A stretch of 45,976 nucleotides of DNA from Candidatus Hodarchaeota archaeon (GCA_029856365.1 JAHQWW010000022.1:1-45976), one strand, 5' to 3'; counted from the first letter of the stretch, positions 1-9,265 are shown. Made by a program: numbers and translations. Notes: generated by a model from the sequence alone, not told the origin.

Positions 1-1
1 A

Positions 2-118
2 GATTCAATGAAACGAAACCTTAAATGTGAGATCCTAGTACCAAATGATCTTATTAAACCAGAGTTTGTAAGTGCTTATGGTGCAGCGCTTACAGCACAA
101 GATCGAATAGGAGGATAA
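2..118 (+). CDS. 3' end of benzoyl-CoA reductase ATPase subunit (BzdP/BcrD-like), partial
   Basis: Frame 2 reads DSMKRNLKCEILVPNDLIKPEFVSAYGAALTAQDRIGG*. PEFVSAYGAAL is the typical C-terminus of BadF/BadG/BcrA/BcrD activases. The stop is 4 nt before bzdQ, with an AGGAGG SD at 109-114. Confidence 0.7.
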   Translation, partial: DSMKRNLKCEILVPNDLIKPEFVSAYGAALTAQDRIGG

Positions 119-122
119 AACA

Positions 123-1007
123 ATGACGAGTACAGAAAGTATAGAATATTGGAGATGGACTGAATCACGTTGGACAAACCCAGATTTAGATTGGAAAGAT
201 GCCGATATTATAACTGCTGGTATAGATGTTGGATCAGTTAGTACCCAAGCGGTGGTTATGGTTGATGGAAACCTGTATTGTTATTCAAACATGAGAACTG
301 GAAGTGATAGCCCAGATAGTGCCAATAGAGCTATAAATTGGGCACTTGAAGATACAGGACTCACTTTAAACAAAATTGAGTACGCTGTTGGCACAGGTTA
401 TGGCCGTGTTAATGTTCCTTTCGCAAAACGAGCTATAACGGAAATTGCTTGTCATGCACGTGGAGCGAATTATATGTATGGGCCAACAATCAGAACGGTA
501 CTAGATATGGGTGGTCAAGACTGTAAGGCGATTCGCTGCGATCAACGTGGAAAGGTTACCGCCTTTCTCATGAATGATAAATGCGCAGCGGGAACAGGGC
601 GAGGTATGGAAGTTTTTGCAGATCTCCTGCAAGTTCACATCAATGATGTTGGGCAGATGTCATTAGTAGATGATGAACCTGAGCCTGTAAGTAGTACATG
701 CGTTGTTTTTGCCAAATCTGAAGCTGTCGGATTACTTCGAAAGGGTTGGTCTAAAGAAAGAGTTTTAGCTGCTTATTGTGCAGCAATGGCTCATAGAGTT
801 GTTACTCTCTTAGAACGGCTTGGAGTAGAAAATGATTTTGCTATAACTGGTGGTATTGCAAAAAATATTGGTGTAGTTTCTCGCATCGAAAAAGAATTAG
901 AGATAACTGCTCCTGAACCTAATGTTGATCCTCAGCTTGCAGGAGCGATTGGGGGTGCTTTATTTGGGAAAGCTTTAGTAGAAAAGGCTCGTAAGAAGGC
1001 GGGTTAG
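123..1007 (+). CDS. bzdQ: Benzoyl-CoA reductase, Bzd type, subunit Q (ASKHA ATPase, BcrA-like)
   Basis: GIDVGSVS, GTGYGR, EIACHARGA, DMGGQDCK, MNDKCAAGTGRGME and SSTCVVFAKSE motifs. The N-terminal EYWRW..S.W extension is characteristic of BzdQ. A ferredoxin follows. Confidence 0.88.
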   Translation: MTSTESIEYWRWTESRWTNPDLDWKDADIITAGIDVGSVSTQAVVMVDGNLYCYSNMRTGSDSPDSANRAINWALEDTGLTLNKIEYAVGTGYGRVNVPFAKRAITEIACHARGANYMYGPTIRTVLDMGGQDCKAIRCDQRGKVTAFLMNDKCAAGTGRGMEVFADLLQVHINDVGQMSLVDDEPEPVSSTCVVFAKSEAVGLLRKGWSKERVLAAYCAAMAHRVVTLLERLGVENDFAITGGIAKNIGVVSRIEKELEITAPEPNVDPQLAGAIGGALFGKALVEKARKKAG

Positions 1008-1049
1008 AATTTCATTCAATTTAGAGTCATAACAGGGAAAGAATAAGAA

Positions 1050-1337
1050 ATGAAAGCAAACTATGGATATAAAGATGGTTCAGGAGAATATTTCATCACA
1101 GTAGATACAGATCTGTGCGATGGCTGTGGTAAATGTGTCGACACTTGCCCTGAGGGAGTTCTCGAAGTTGTAGAAAACGAATTAGATCCTTTAGCAGAGG
1201 AACTTGTTGCAAGAGTTACCGAAGAACATCGTAAAAAGATTAAATACTCGTGTGCTCCATGTAAACCAACTGGTGAATCAAGAGAATTACCTTGTGTTCA
1301 AGCTTGCGAACCTAGGGCTTTAACTCACTCTTGGTGA
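1050..1337 (+). CDS. bzdM: Benzoyl-CoA reductase-associated 4Fe-4S ferredoxin (BzdM-like)
   Basis: ANYGYKDGSGEYFITVDTDLCDGCGKCVDTCP N-terminus, KYSCAPCKP...PCVQACEP..LTHSW C-terminus, and position after bzdQ. Confidence 0.82.
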   Translation: MKANYGYKDGSGEYFITVDTDLCDGCGKCVDTCPEGVLEVVENELDPLAEELVARVTEEHRKKIKYSCAPCKPTGESRELPCVQACEPRALTHSW

Positions 1338-1446
1338 GTCAATTTAACCCTATGAGGACAACTATCATAATATGGGAATCTGCGTTCTTCATCAACCTTA
1401 TTTTGAATAGATTCTTCAGATATATCATTTTTAGGAGAGTTTAAAG

Positions 1447-3975
1447 ATGGAAACAATATCTATAAGCATCAATGATACTAGGATTAATGTAAAGAAAGGA
1501 ATAACAGTATTAGAGGCTGCTGAAGTTACTGATATTTATATTCCAAGACTCTGCTCACATCCAGATTTATCGTCATCACAAGACTTAAAACCAGTTGAAT
1601 CTATATACAGAGGCGATGTAGAATATAAGAACGATAATTCATCAATTTCACAAACACATGAAGGTTGTCAACTTTGTGTTGTGAAAATAGAAGGAACTGA
1701 AGAATTTGTAACATCATGTAATACAATAATACAAGAGAATATGATAATTTGGACTGATTTGCCTGAGATTCACGATTTTAGACGAGAAAGAATGATGAAA
1801 ATTCTCGCAAAACATCCACATGCATGTTTAACTTGTGCTCAACAAGAGGGTTGTAGTCGTGAACCATGTTCCACTAATGTTCCCGTAGAAGAACGATGTT
1901 GTCCAGAGTTGGGAAGGTGTGAATTACAAAAAGTGGCAGATTATATAGGGATAAGAGACGACACCCCACGCTATAAACCTCAAGGAATTCAAATTCTCGA
2001 TGCTGAACCTCTATTTATACGAAATTATGAATTGTGTATAGGATGTACTCGATGTGTAAGAGTTTGTCAGGATGTCCGAGGGGTTAATGCGCTTGGATTT
2101 ATCTTTTCTAATGGTGAAACAATCGTAGGAAGCATCAAAGCTACGCTTAAGGAATCAGGATGTAAATTTTGTGGGGCATGCGTTGAAGTTTGTCCTACAG
2201 GAGCTTTGTCTGACAAAAATATTCTGTGGGCTGAACGTGAAAGTTCGCTTATTCCTTGTCGTAATACGTGTCCCTTAAGGATGGATGTTCCCCGCTATAT
2301 TCGACTAATTGCGGAAGGTAAGTTTGGAGAAGCTGCTGCAGTCATTCGCGAGAAAACTCCTCTCCCCTCTGTCCTTGGAAGAGTATGTTTTCATGTATGT
2401 GAAACAGAATGCCGTCGGGGTCAGCTTAACGATCCAATTGCCATATGTGCTCTCAAACGTTTTACTATAGATCATGACACAGAAATATGGCGATCGAAAG
2501 TTTCTACTTTTCCTGCAAGTGGGAAAAAAGTTGCTATAATCGGTTCTGGTCCTGCGGGACTCACAGCAGCATATTATTTGGCCAGAAGAGGCCACTCACC
2601 TGTTATTTTTGAAGAAAGCTCCGAATTAGGAGGTATGTTAAGAAAGGGGATTCCTGAATACCGATTACCCCGAGAAATATTTGAAAAAGATCTTAAATAT
2701 ATAAAAAATGCAGGAGTAGATTTCAAGACCAATGTCATAATAGGACAAAAATTAACTATTGAGGATTTACAAAAACGATATAAAGCAATTTTCATATCTA
2801 TTGGAGCACAACAAGCTAAAAAACTTAATATTGAAGGAGTAGGACTCAGGGGAGTTCTCTGGGGATTGGAATTTTTAAGTGATGTGACACAAGGAACTGA
2901 AGTACAAGTAGAAAAAAGAGTTCTTGTAATTGGAGGTGGTGGGGTTGCAATGGATGTTGCATTAACTGCACTTAGGTTAGGGGCTAATGAAGTCCAGATA
3001 GCATGTCTTGAATCACGGGAAGAAATGCCAGCCCATGAATGGGAGATTCAAGAAGTAATGGATGAGAATATAACTCTTCATTGTTCATGGGGGCCCAAAA
3101 AAATCATTGGTACGAAAGATCAAGTAGAAAAGGTAGAATTGGTTCATTGCACAAATGTTTTTGATGAGAAAGGTAAATTTAATCCAACATTTGATGAAGC
3201 AACCTTAAAGACAATTGAAACTGATATGGTGATTATGGCGATAGGTCAGAATCCTGATTTATCTGTTTTAGGAACAGAAACATCAGTTCAAACTTCCCCA
3301 TCAGGATTAATCAGTGTGAATGATACTGACCTTTCATCAAATGTAAAAGGAATTTTTGCTGGAGGAGAAGCGATAAAGGGACCCTTATCAGTTGTTGAAG
3401 CAATTGAAATGGGACGAAAAGCTGCCAGTTCCATAGATAGATACTTGGGAGGTAATGGCAATATTGATGAAACACTAATTGAGCTAGACACCCCAAATCC
3501 TTGGCTTAGTCGAGAGGAGGATTTCTTTGATAGAATCCGTGTTCAAATGCCATGTCTACCTCTCACAGACCGTATAACCAGTTTTAAAGAAATAGAACTA
3601 GGCCTGAATGAAAAAATGGCTATGGAAGAAGCGAAGCGATGTCTTAAATGTGATTTACGGTTACAAATCTCATCTGTAACATTACCCCCAGAAAAATGGC
3701 AAGAATTTACTCTCGAGAATATTAGAAGTGTTCCAGTGATAGAAGGTGCTTTTCAGCTTCTTGATGAAAATAAGCAAATTATATTCATCCAAGGAACTCC
3801 CAATCTACGTCAAACTTTAGAAGAACAGCTGAACACTAATGAAAAAGCCCAATACTTTGGTTACGAAGAAGATCCGATGTACACAAAGAAAGAGAGTGAA
3901 TTACTCCAACAGTTCATGCAAGAATTTGGGAGAATGCCAGAAGGTAATGAAGAATTAGATGACGATCTCTTTTAA
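1447..3975 (+). CDS. BzdV-like NAD(P)H:ferredoxin oxidoreductase (NuoG-like Fe-S N-terminus, GltD-like FAD/NAD(P) module, extra C-terminal domain)
   Basis: IPRLC...CQLC...SC 2Fe-2S motif, HPHACLTC, two CxxCxxCxxxC motifs, GRVCFHVCETECRR, GSGPAG, GGGGVAMD and EAKRCLKC. Located in the bzd cluster. Confidence 0.8.
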   Translation: METISISINDTRINVKKGITVLEAAEVTDIYIPRLCSHPDLSSSQDLKPVESIYRGDVEYKNDNSSISQTHEGCQLCVVKIEGTEEFVTSCNTIIQENMIIWTDLPEIHDFRRERMMKILAKHPHACLTCAQQEGCSREPCSTNVPVEERCCPELGRCELQKVADYIGIRDDTPRYKPQGIQILDAEPLFIRNYELCIGCTRCVRVCQDVRGVNALGFIFSNGETIVGSIKATLKESGCKFCGACVEVCPTGALSDKNILWAERESSLIPCRNTCPLRMDVPRYIRLIAEGKFGEAAAVIREKTPLPSVLGRVCFHVCETECRRGQLNDPIAICALKRFTIDHDTEIWRSKVSTFPASGKKVAIIGSGPAGLTAAYYLARRGHSPVIFEESSELGGMLRKGIPEYRLPREIFEKDLKYIKNAGVDFKTNVIIGQKLTIEDLQKRYKAIFISIGAQQAKKLNIEGVGLRGVLWGLEFLSDVTQGTEVQVEKRVLVIGGGGVAMDVALTALRLGANEVQIACLESREEMPAHEWEIQEVMDENITLHCSWGPKKIIGTKDQVEKVELVHCTNVFDEKGKFNPTFDEATLKTIETDMVIMAIGQNPDLSVLGTETSVQTSPSGLISVNDTDLSSNVKGIFAGGEAIKGPLSVVEAIEMGRKAASSIDRYLGGNGNIDETLIELDTPNPWLSREEDFFDRIRVQMPCLPLTDRITSFKEIELGLNEKMAMEEAKRCLKCDLRLQISSVTLPPEKWQEFTLENIRSVPVIEGAFQLLDENKQIIFIQGTPNLRQTLEEQLNTNEKAQYFGYEEDPMYTKKESELLQQFMQEFGRMPEGNEELDDDLF

Positions 3976-4007
3976 CTCAAGAAAACCGTAGGGAGAATAG
4001 AGTAGAC

Positions 4008-4250
4008 TTGAGAAGAGAAGAAAATACGAAAAAATCGCAGTTGGAGAAAGAAGGATGGGAGAGGAAGTTTACCATCGAAGAACATCGAGTGAAAGAATAC
4101 GTAGAATTATATAAATCATTAAATCAAGAAGTACGTGTTGAATCTGTAATTCAAGGTGAAATGGAAGGATGTACAGAATGTTTTAAGGCTGATTGTACCA
4201 AATTCCGAGTGATATATACACGAGATAAAGAATTACTTGAAAAAAAATAA
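4008..4250 (+). CDS. Small hypothetical protein with CxxC, last gene of the bzd cluster
   Basis: 80-aa ORF with TTG start and GGGAG SD. Contains EGWERKF...YVELYKSL...CTECF...IYTR and lies 32 nt after the oxidoreductase. Confidence 0.7.
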   Translation: MRREENTKKSQLEKEGWERKFTIEEHRVKEYVELYKSLNQEVRVESVIQGEMEGCTECFKADCTKFRVIYTRDKELLEKK

Positions 4251-4270
4251 AAAAGAAGAGAGAGGGAGAG

Positions 4271-4444
4271 TTACGGGGTTATTATATCTGAAAGTATATG
4301 AACCAACCAAGCTAAATTGATCAAGAAGACAAATAAAGCTCCAAATAATGCAGGTATTATAAATTACATGAATTCATAAAAGAAATTGAGCTCAATCGGA
4401 ATGAAATCAGTTGCATATGGAGGGGGAGCTGAAATTGTTGTTCC
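4271..4444 (-). pseudogene. Possible remnant of a membrane-protein gene
   Basis: Minus frame reads GTTISAPPPYATDFIPIELNFFYEFM*FIIPALFGALFVFLINLAWLVHILSDIITP*. It is protein-like with a hydrophobic helix, has one internal TAA at 4364-4366 and no usable start. Confidence 0.3.
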
Positions 4445-4528
4445 TTATTTATGGATACATTCCTAACAGCGAAAAGTTAAAGGATTTGATTCTTTTTATA
4501 CGTTTCCTTGTTAAATGGTGACTAATAA

Positions 4529-5158
4529 ATGGGTAATTGTGAAAAATGTGGAAAACAAATTGATGAAGGAGCTGTTTTTTGTTCAGCTTGTACTCATGGT
4601 TTTGCTGCGAAACCTATGATAGCTACTAAAGTTGATACTACAGAGAATGGTGTGGAACATGAAATTTTCTCTTTCAAGGTGAAGCCCTCTAAATTATCCA
4701 GATTGATTCGTCTAATGCCTATTATCTTTAGTATTTCCTACATTCTTATAGGATTGATTGCAATATTCCCTAACGTAATTTCCCCTGAAGAAACCTCTAT
4801 TATTTTACCAGTTGGACTCATGATTCTTGGTTTATTGATTTTATATCCAATTTCCAAAGGTTCTCAACAAGATTATTCCCTCTTCTTCTCACTGGGACTC
4901 ATTATACTTACTTTTGGAATTGCAATGGTTATTCCTGATTATATCAATCTCATCCTTTCGTTTGGTACTATGTTGGTTGGTTTATCCCTAGTTTTTTTGC
5001 TTTTTCGTCACTCAGATCGTAACCGCGTACTTTTACTAGTCTTAATGATTGTCATTGTATCACTCGGAATTGGTATGGTTCTTCCTGATTATATAAGTAT
5101 CATATTAGCAGTTACTTGTATTTTATCTGGTTTATTGGTATTTCTTGTGAAATTATGA
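4529..5158 (+). CDS. Zinc-ribbon domain membrane protein with internally repeated TM hairpins
   Basis: N-terminal CEKCG...FCSAC, about 6 hydrophobic helices, and the repeat GIAMVIPDYI / GIGMVLPDYI. Confidence 0.75.
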   Translation: MGNCEKCGKQIDEGAVFCSACTHGFAAKPMIATKVDTTENGVEHEIFSFKVKPSKLSRLIRLMPIIFSISYILIGLIAIFPNVISPEETSIILPVGLMILGLLILYPISKGSQQDYSLFFSLGLIILTFGIAMVIPDYINLILSFGTMLVGLSLVFLLFRHSDRNRVLLLVLMIVIVSLGIGMVLPDYISIILAVTCILSGLLVFLVKL

Positions 5159-5176
5159 ACTGAAAAATAATTAGGT

Positions 5177-5995
5177 TCAACTTTTCGAGAATCCTCCATG
5201 ATGAAATTCTATTGAATACTTGAGGTTCCTCTTTTCACAATAATCTCTAATCTCTGTTTCAATAATATCCCAATAGGTTCTTTCATTTTTACGAATTTCT
5301 TGGTATTTAGGTATTAAATCAGGTTGATTTCCTTTAATAATGCTCATAATTCTCGGGATATTATGTGGTCTGAAGTTTAAGTTCTCAAACATATAATTGT
5401 GTGTATAATCAACTGTTTCTTCAATGATTGCTTGATAATCAGTAATCTCTGGGAAAAACGGGGAAATAAACAAATAAGTTTGGATTCCTGATTCTGAGAT
5501 AGTTCTTATTGCTTCTAACCGATCTGAAGGTTTCGATGCGCCCCGCTCAATTTTTCTCGCAAAAGTCGCATCTAATGTGCTTATTGAGATTCCAACTTCA
5601 ATATTTTTGAATTTCTTGAATAGATCAATATCTCTAACAACCAATTTTGATTTCGTAAGAATAGAGATTATTGCATCAGTCCCAACAAGTCTTTCCAAAA
5701 TTTGGCGAGTATTCTGAAACTTTTTCTCAAGAGGTAAATATGGATCAGTAACAGAACTCAGTAAAATCCTCTTTCCGTGATATCTCTCTGGTTTAATCTT
5801 ATTAGCATTGAACTCCTTGATGTCTAAAAATTCACCCCATCTGTCACCTTTATGGCCGGTAAATCTAATCATGAATTCAGCGTAACAATAAATACATCCA
5901 TGTTGGCAACCAACATAAGGATTAATAACATAATCAATCGATGGGATATTGCTTTTGCTGATAATGCTTTTAGCTTCTCGAAAACGGACTTTCAT
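5177..5995 (-). CDS. Radical SAM protein, SplB/spore-photoproduct-lyase-like (COG1533)
   Basis: INPYVGCQHGCIYCYA (CxxxCxxC), SSVTDPY and LTKSKLVVRDIDL. Confidence 0.85.
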   Translation of the reverse strand: MKVRFREAKSIISKSNIPSIDYVINPYVGCQHGCIYCYAEFMIRFTGHKGDRWGEFLDIKEFNANKIKPERYHGKRILLSSVTDPYLPLEKKFQNTRQILERLVGTDAIISILTKSKLVVRDIDLFKKFKNIEVGISISTLDATFARKIERGASKPSDRLEAIRTISESGIQTYLFISPFFPEITDYQAIIEETVDYTHNYMFENLNFRPHNIPRIMSIIKGNQPDLIPKYQEIRKNERTYWDIIETEIRDYCEKRNLKYSIEFHHGGFSKS

Positions 5996-6078
5996 TCGTA
6001 TCTTCTCTCTTTGGAGGGAGTTGTTATGCTAATAGACAATTTTAGTTTACTGTAAGGAAAAAAAACAAAGGGCTTAAT

Positions 6079-6747
6079 CTAACTCAAAGCTGTGATAATT
6101 TCATCCGATGTGAGAACACGAGCGAATCCTGCTCTGAGTACTTTTAATTCTGCTTCATGTAGAGTTGTATCGTTAGTTGAAGTCACGTCACTTCCCACAA
6201 CGACTTTAAAACCTCTTTCGTACCCCTGTCGCGCAGTCATTCCGCAACAATAATTTGTGAGGGTCCCACAAATAATTATAGTATCTTTTTTCAAGTTTCT
6301 AAGAATTGTTTCTAACGGAGTATCATAGAAAGCTCCATATGAGGGTTTGTAAATAACAATCTCCTCTGATAATGGCGATAACTCGCGCACGATACGTCCA
6401 TCTCTAAATATGGAAGGATCCTCAATCCCCAATTCTGGATACCTATTAGGCATCAAATCTCCAGTAGTTGGACGATCAAACCGAAAATGGGTATATGCCG
6501 AAGCAGTATAAATAACTGGAATATTTCTCTTCCTACAATGTTTTATTAATGTTTTAATTTTTTTTACCTGTCGGGTGGCTTCAGGAACCCAAAATGGTGT
6601 CCAATGAGGTTTTACAAATTCATCTTCCATATCAATTACAAGGAGTGTACAGTTTTTTTCTACTATTTCAAAACCTGCATCTCCTTCCTCATATGCCTTT
6701 CGAGCTAATGCAACAATCTCTGCTTCTGTGAATTCACCAAGTTTCAT
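6079..6747 (-). CDS. Isochorismatase-family cysteine hydrolase
   Basis: LLVIDM, KPSYGAFYDT and GTLTNYCCGMTARQG give the Asp-Lys-Cys triad. Confidence 0.88.
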   Translation of the reverse strand: MKLGEFTEAEIVALARKAYEEGDAGFEIVEKNCTLLVIDMEDEFVKPHWTPFWVPEATRQVKKIKTLIKHCRKRNIPVIYTASAYTHFRFDRPTTGDLMPNRYPELGIEDPSIFRDGRIVRELSPLSEEIVIYKPSYGAFYDTPLETILRNLKKDTIIICGTLTNYCCGMTARQGYERGFKVVVGSDVTSTNDTTLHEAELKVLRAGFARVLTSDEIITALS

Positions 6748-6924
6748 TCATCTTTCCTCAGATAATCAATTTTACATATTGATATTCATTAATCGCTAAA
6801 CTTTGAATTTAGGTTTATAGAAAGAGTAGTAAGATAATATGCTGATTTGAATAAGTCAAAATTCGACATCTCCAATATTCAAAGGTTTTGAAAACAATAA
6901 AATGAGGAGAATTGTTGGAGGAAA

Positions 6925-7866
6925 TTAATATTTCGACTCCAGAGCACGTACGTAAGTCACAGTGGCTTCATTAAATGGGACAGGAATGTTATATTGTTTT
7001 CCAAGCTCAACGATTTTTCCATTTATGAATGCTATTTCTGTTGGGCTTTGATTCTCAATGTCTATCAACATACTTGGTTTATGGTGGCCGCCCTTAGAGA
7101 GGTAACCCATGCAAATATCATGAAAATTAGCCCCAAAAGAAATTCCCAGAGCTTCAGTTACAGCAATTCCCTCTTTGATGATTTGACTGGCTACATTATT
7201 AGTATCATCGAACTCCATAGCCTCTCTCATTGTTTGGCCAGTGATTGCACATACTGGTGCAAGAGCTGCATTTAATATCACCTTTTTCCACACTTCAGGT
7301 TGAATGTCATCTACAGATTCAGTTGGAAAGTCAGGTGATGATATTAGTTCTGCTATTACACGAGCTTTATCCTGGTTTTTAGGTGAAAAAGCTCCAACAT
7401 AGTTTGGGGGATTAAAAAATGTCATATCGATTATTCCTGGTCTTAACACATTCCCAGCATAATTAATCACATTTCGAAACGCTCTTTCTTCACCAAATGC
7501 TTTCGCAAGTACTTTTTCTGTTCCAAATCCATTTTGGTGACTAACTACATCGGTATCATCAGAAATAACTTGTGCAAGATCTTGAACCACTTGTTCTAGA
7601 TATGGAGTTTTTACTGAGATAATAACGAGATTCACGTCAGTGTCTTTTAATTCAGAAACAGATAGCTTCAAGTGATCAGCATCAAATTGAGAAGTGATAG
7701 TTGCAGCCCCAATAATTTGTAAGCCATATTTTTCAATAGCTTCCATGTGAGCCTTCCAAATATCTACTAATGTGACATCAACTCCCTTTTTTGCAAGAAA
7801 AGAACCGAGAATGCCACCTGATGGGCCTGCTCCTATTATAGCAACTTTAAAATCTTTATTTGTCAA
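6925..7866 (-). CDS. panE: Ketopantoate (2-dehydropantoate) reductase family protein
   Basis: IIGAGPSGG Rossmann motif, SVK, HQNGFG, WKKVILN, PSMLIDIE and TEIAFING. TTG start with GAGGA SD. Confidence 0.82.
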   Translation of the reverse strand: MTNKDFKVAIIGAGPSGGILGSFLAKKGVDVTLVDIWKAHMEAIEKYGLQIIGAATITSQFDADHLKLSVSELKDTDVNLVIISVKTPYLEQVVQDLAQVISDDTDVVSHQNGFGTEKVLAKAFGEERAFRNVINYAGNVLRPGIIDMTFFNPPNYVGAFSPKNQDKARVIAELISSPDFPTESVDDIQPEVWKKVILNAALAPVCAITGQTMREAMEFDDTNNVASQIIKEGIAVTEALGISFGANFHDICMGYLSKGGHHKPSMLIDIENQSPTEIAFINGKIVELGKQYNIPVPFNEATVTYVRALESKY

Positions 7867-8077
7867 AATTAAATCCTCAGTTTTTTCATACGTTATATAA
7901 GATTCATTTTAACGCTGTGAAATGAAAATTCTTGTTGTTTTAACAAGAACAGAGTATCCAATATTATATATTAATAATACCTTTTCTACACTTATTTCTA
8001 ATTAGGATTTAAATATGAATACATTCCCTCAAAGATCATTAAATCGGATATTTTTATCCCTGTATTCAGTATGAATT

Positions 8078-8725
8078 TTAACTTTCAATCGAGGAACTTG
8101 TGGGTTGTTGTAATGTATTCTTGATGTCGTCCCAGCTTAACTTTTGTTGTAAAAAATCACTAATTTCACGACTGTAAAGACGTTCAGCCTCAAACTGCTT
8201 TTTGAAGTCTAAACAGGCATTTTCAGTAAATTCTGAACATTCCTTGCACAGCTTTATTTTCCTTTTACTTGTTTGTAAACGCTTCATTCTTTGAAAAACC
8301 GCCAAAAACATAATTATAAATAGAAATATTATAATTTTATCAATCCATAAAGGTTGTAACCAAAGTTCTGCTAATGCCATTCCCCAGCCAGCACCCAGAG
8401 AGATTCTAATAACGTCTTTGATTCTTCGATTATGAAAGGAATGGAGTAAACCAATCCATGCGGGGCTAATAACTCCGAGAACAATCATGAAGACTTCAAA
8501 TGGCGAAAAATTACTAAATGGATTTAACAATAAGGTTACTAATAGCGTTATCAACGCTGAACTATATGTCCATGCGCATCCTCGACAGATAAACCAACTA
8601 CCTACATGAAAAACTTCTTGTTGGTAGTCAGAGCATAATGGATGATGAGCAAAATGAAAAGGGAGTAAAATCTGAAGGTAACGTTTTAAAAAAAATAACC
8701 GGTGATTCCTTGGTAATATCTTCAC
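8078..8725 (-). CDS. Membrane protein with His/Cys motifs (DUF2085-like)
   Basis: AHHPLC...ICRGC before about 4 TM helices, and C-terminal CKEC...C. Confidence 0.6.
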   Translation of the reverse strand: MKILPRNHRLFFLKRYLQILLPFHFAHHPLCSDYQQEVFHVGSWFICRGCAWTYSSALITLLVTLLLNPFSNFSPFEVFMIVLGVISPAWIGLLHSFHNRRIKDVIRISLGAGWGMALAELWLQPLWIDKIIIFLFIIMFLAVFQRMKRLQTSKRKIKLCKECSEFTENACLDFKKQFEAERLYSREISDFLQQKLSWDDIKNTLQQPTSSSIES

Positions 8726-8760
8726 AAATATGTTGTTTGATAGTATTAGTCCTCACATCC

Positions 8761-9132
8761 TCACACTTTTGGTTGGACTCTAACCGCGGTACCATAAGCG
8801 ACTATATCCGTCATTGATGCATCTTGGCCTGACCGTGAGGAGTCAAACTTCACACCAATTACACCATTACCACCTCGCTCTGCCACATCTGTGCATAAGC
8901 GATAGATGGCGTCATTCCGAGCTTCTACCGCGCTTTGTGTATATGCTGTTACTTCTCCGCCGAAACAAGCTTCACATCCTCCAATACATCTACCCCCAAG
9001 GCCTCTTGCCCTTACTGTGATCCCAAAAGCTATTCCAAGGTATTGGACAATTTCAAATCCTGGAATCTCATCAGTTGTTGATACCATAACGTTTATTGGG
9101 TCAGTTCGTTGTCTATCCATTTTATAAGCCAT
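8761..9132 (-). CDS. YbjQ/UPF0145 family protein
   Basis: STTDEIPGFEIVQYLG, GGEVTAYT, GGNGVIGVKFD and AYGTAVRV. Confidence 0.88.
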   Translation of the reverse strand: MAYKMDRQRTDPINVMVSTTDEIPGFEIVQYLGIAFGITVRARGLGGRCIGGCEACFGGEVTAYTQSAVEARNDAIYRLCTDVAERGGNGVIGVKFDSSRSGQDASMTDIVAYGTAVRVQPKV

Positions 9133-9265
9133 ATTTATCTTTCACCTAACTTCTAATATATGAAGAATATGTAGAAATAATAAAAGGATTGATATTTTTA
9201 TATGTCTAGGCTTTACGGAAAATTAAACATTAAAGAAAGAGAATCAATTATCCATTAAAGAATCA

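Noticed and set aside
1388-1400. TTCATCAACCTTA shared with 45811-45823
   Set aside because: A single 13-nt AT-rich match with no flanking similarity; chance or generic promoter-like sequence.
1335-1446. Selenocysteine readthrough of the ferredoxin TGA
   Set aside because: The protein ends at the family-typical HSW, and no convincing SECIS-like hairpin follows.
2305-3496. Four minus-strand ORFs inside the oxidoreductase
   Set aside because: Antisense shadows of a well-supported gene. The same applies to the other short overlapping ORFs in the track, e.g. 12119..12514, 22367..22642, 39123..39488 and 43608..43976.
8965-8988. YbjQ as a radical SAM enzyme because of CxxxCxxC
   Set aside because: A 123-aa YbjQ fold cannot hold a radical SAM barrel. 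Kept only as a possible metal site.
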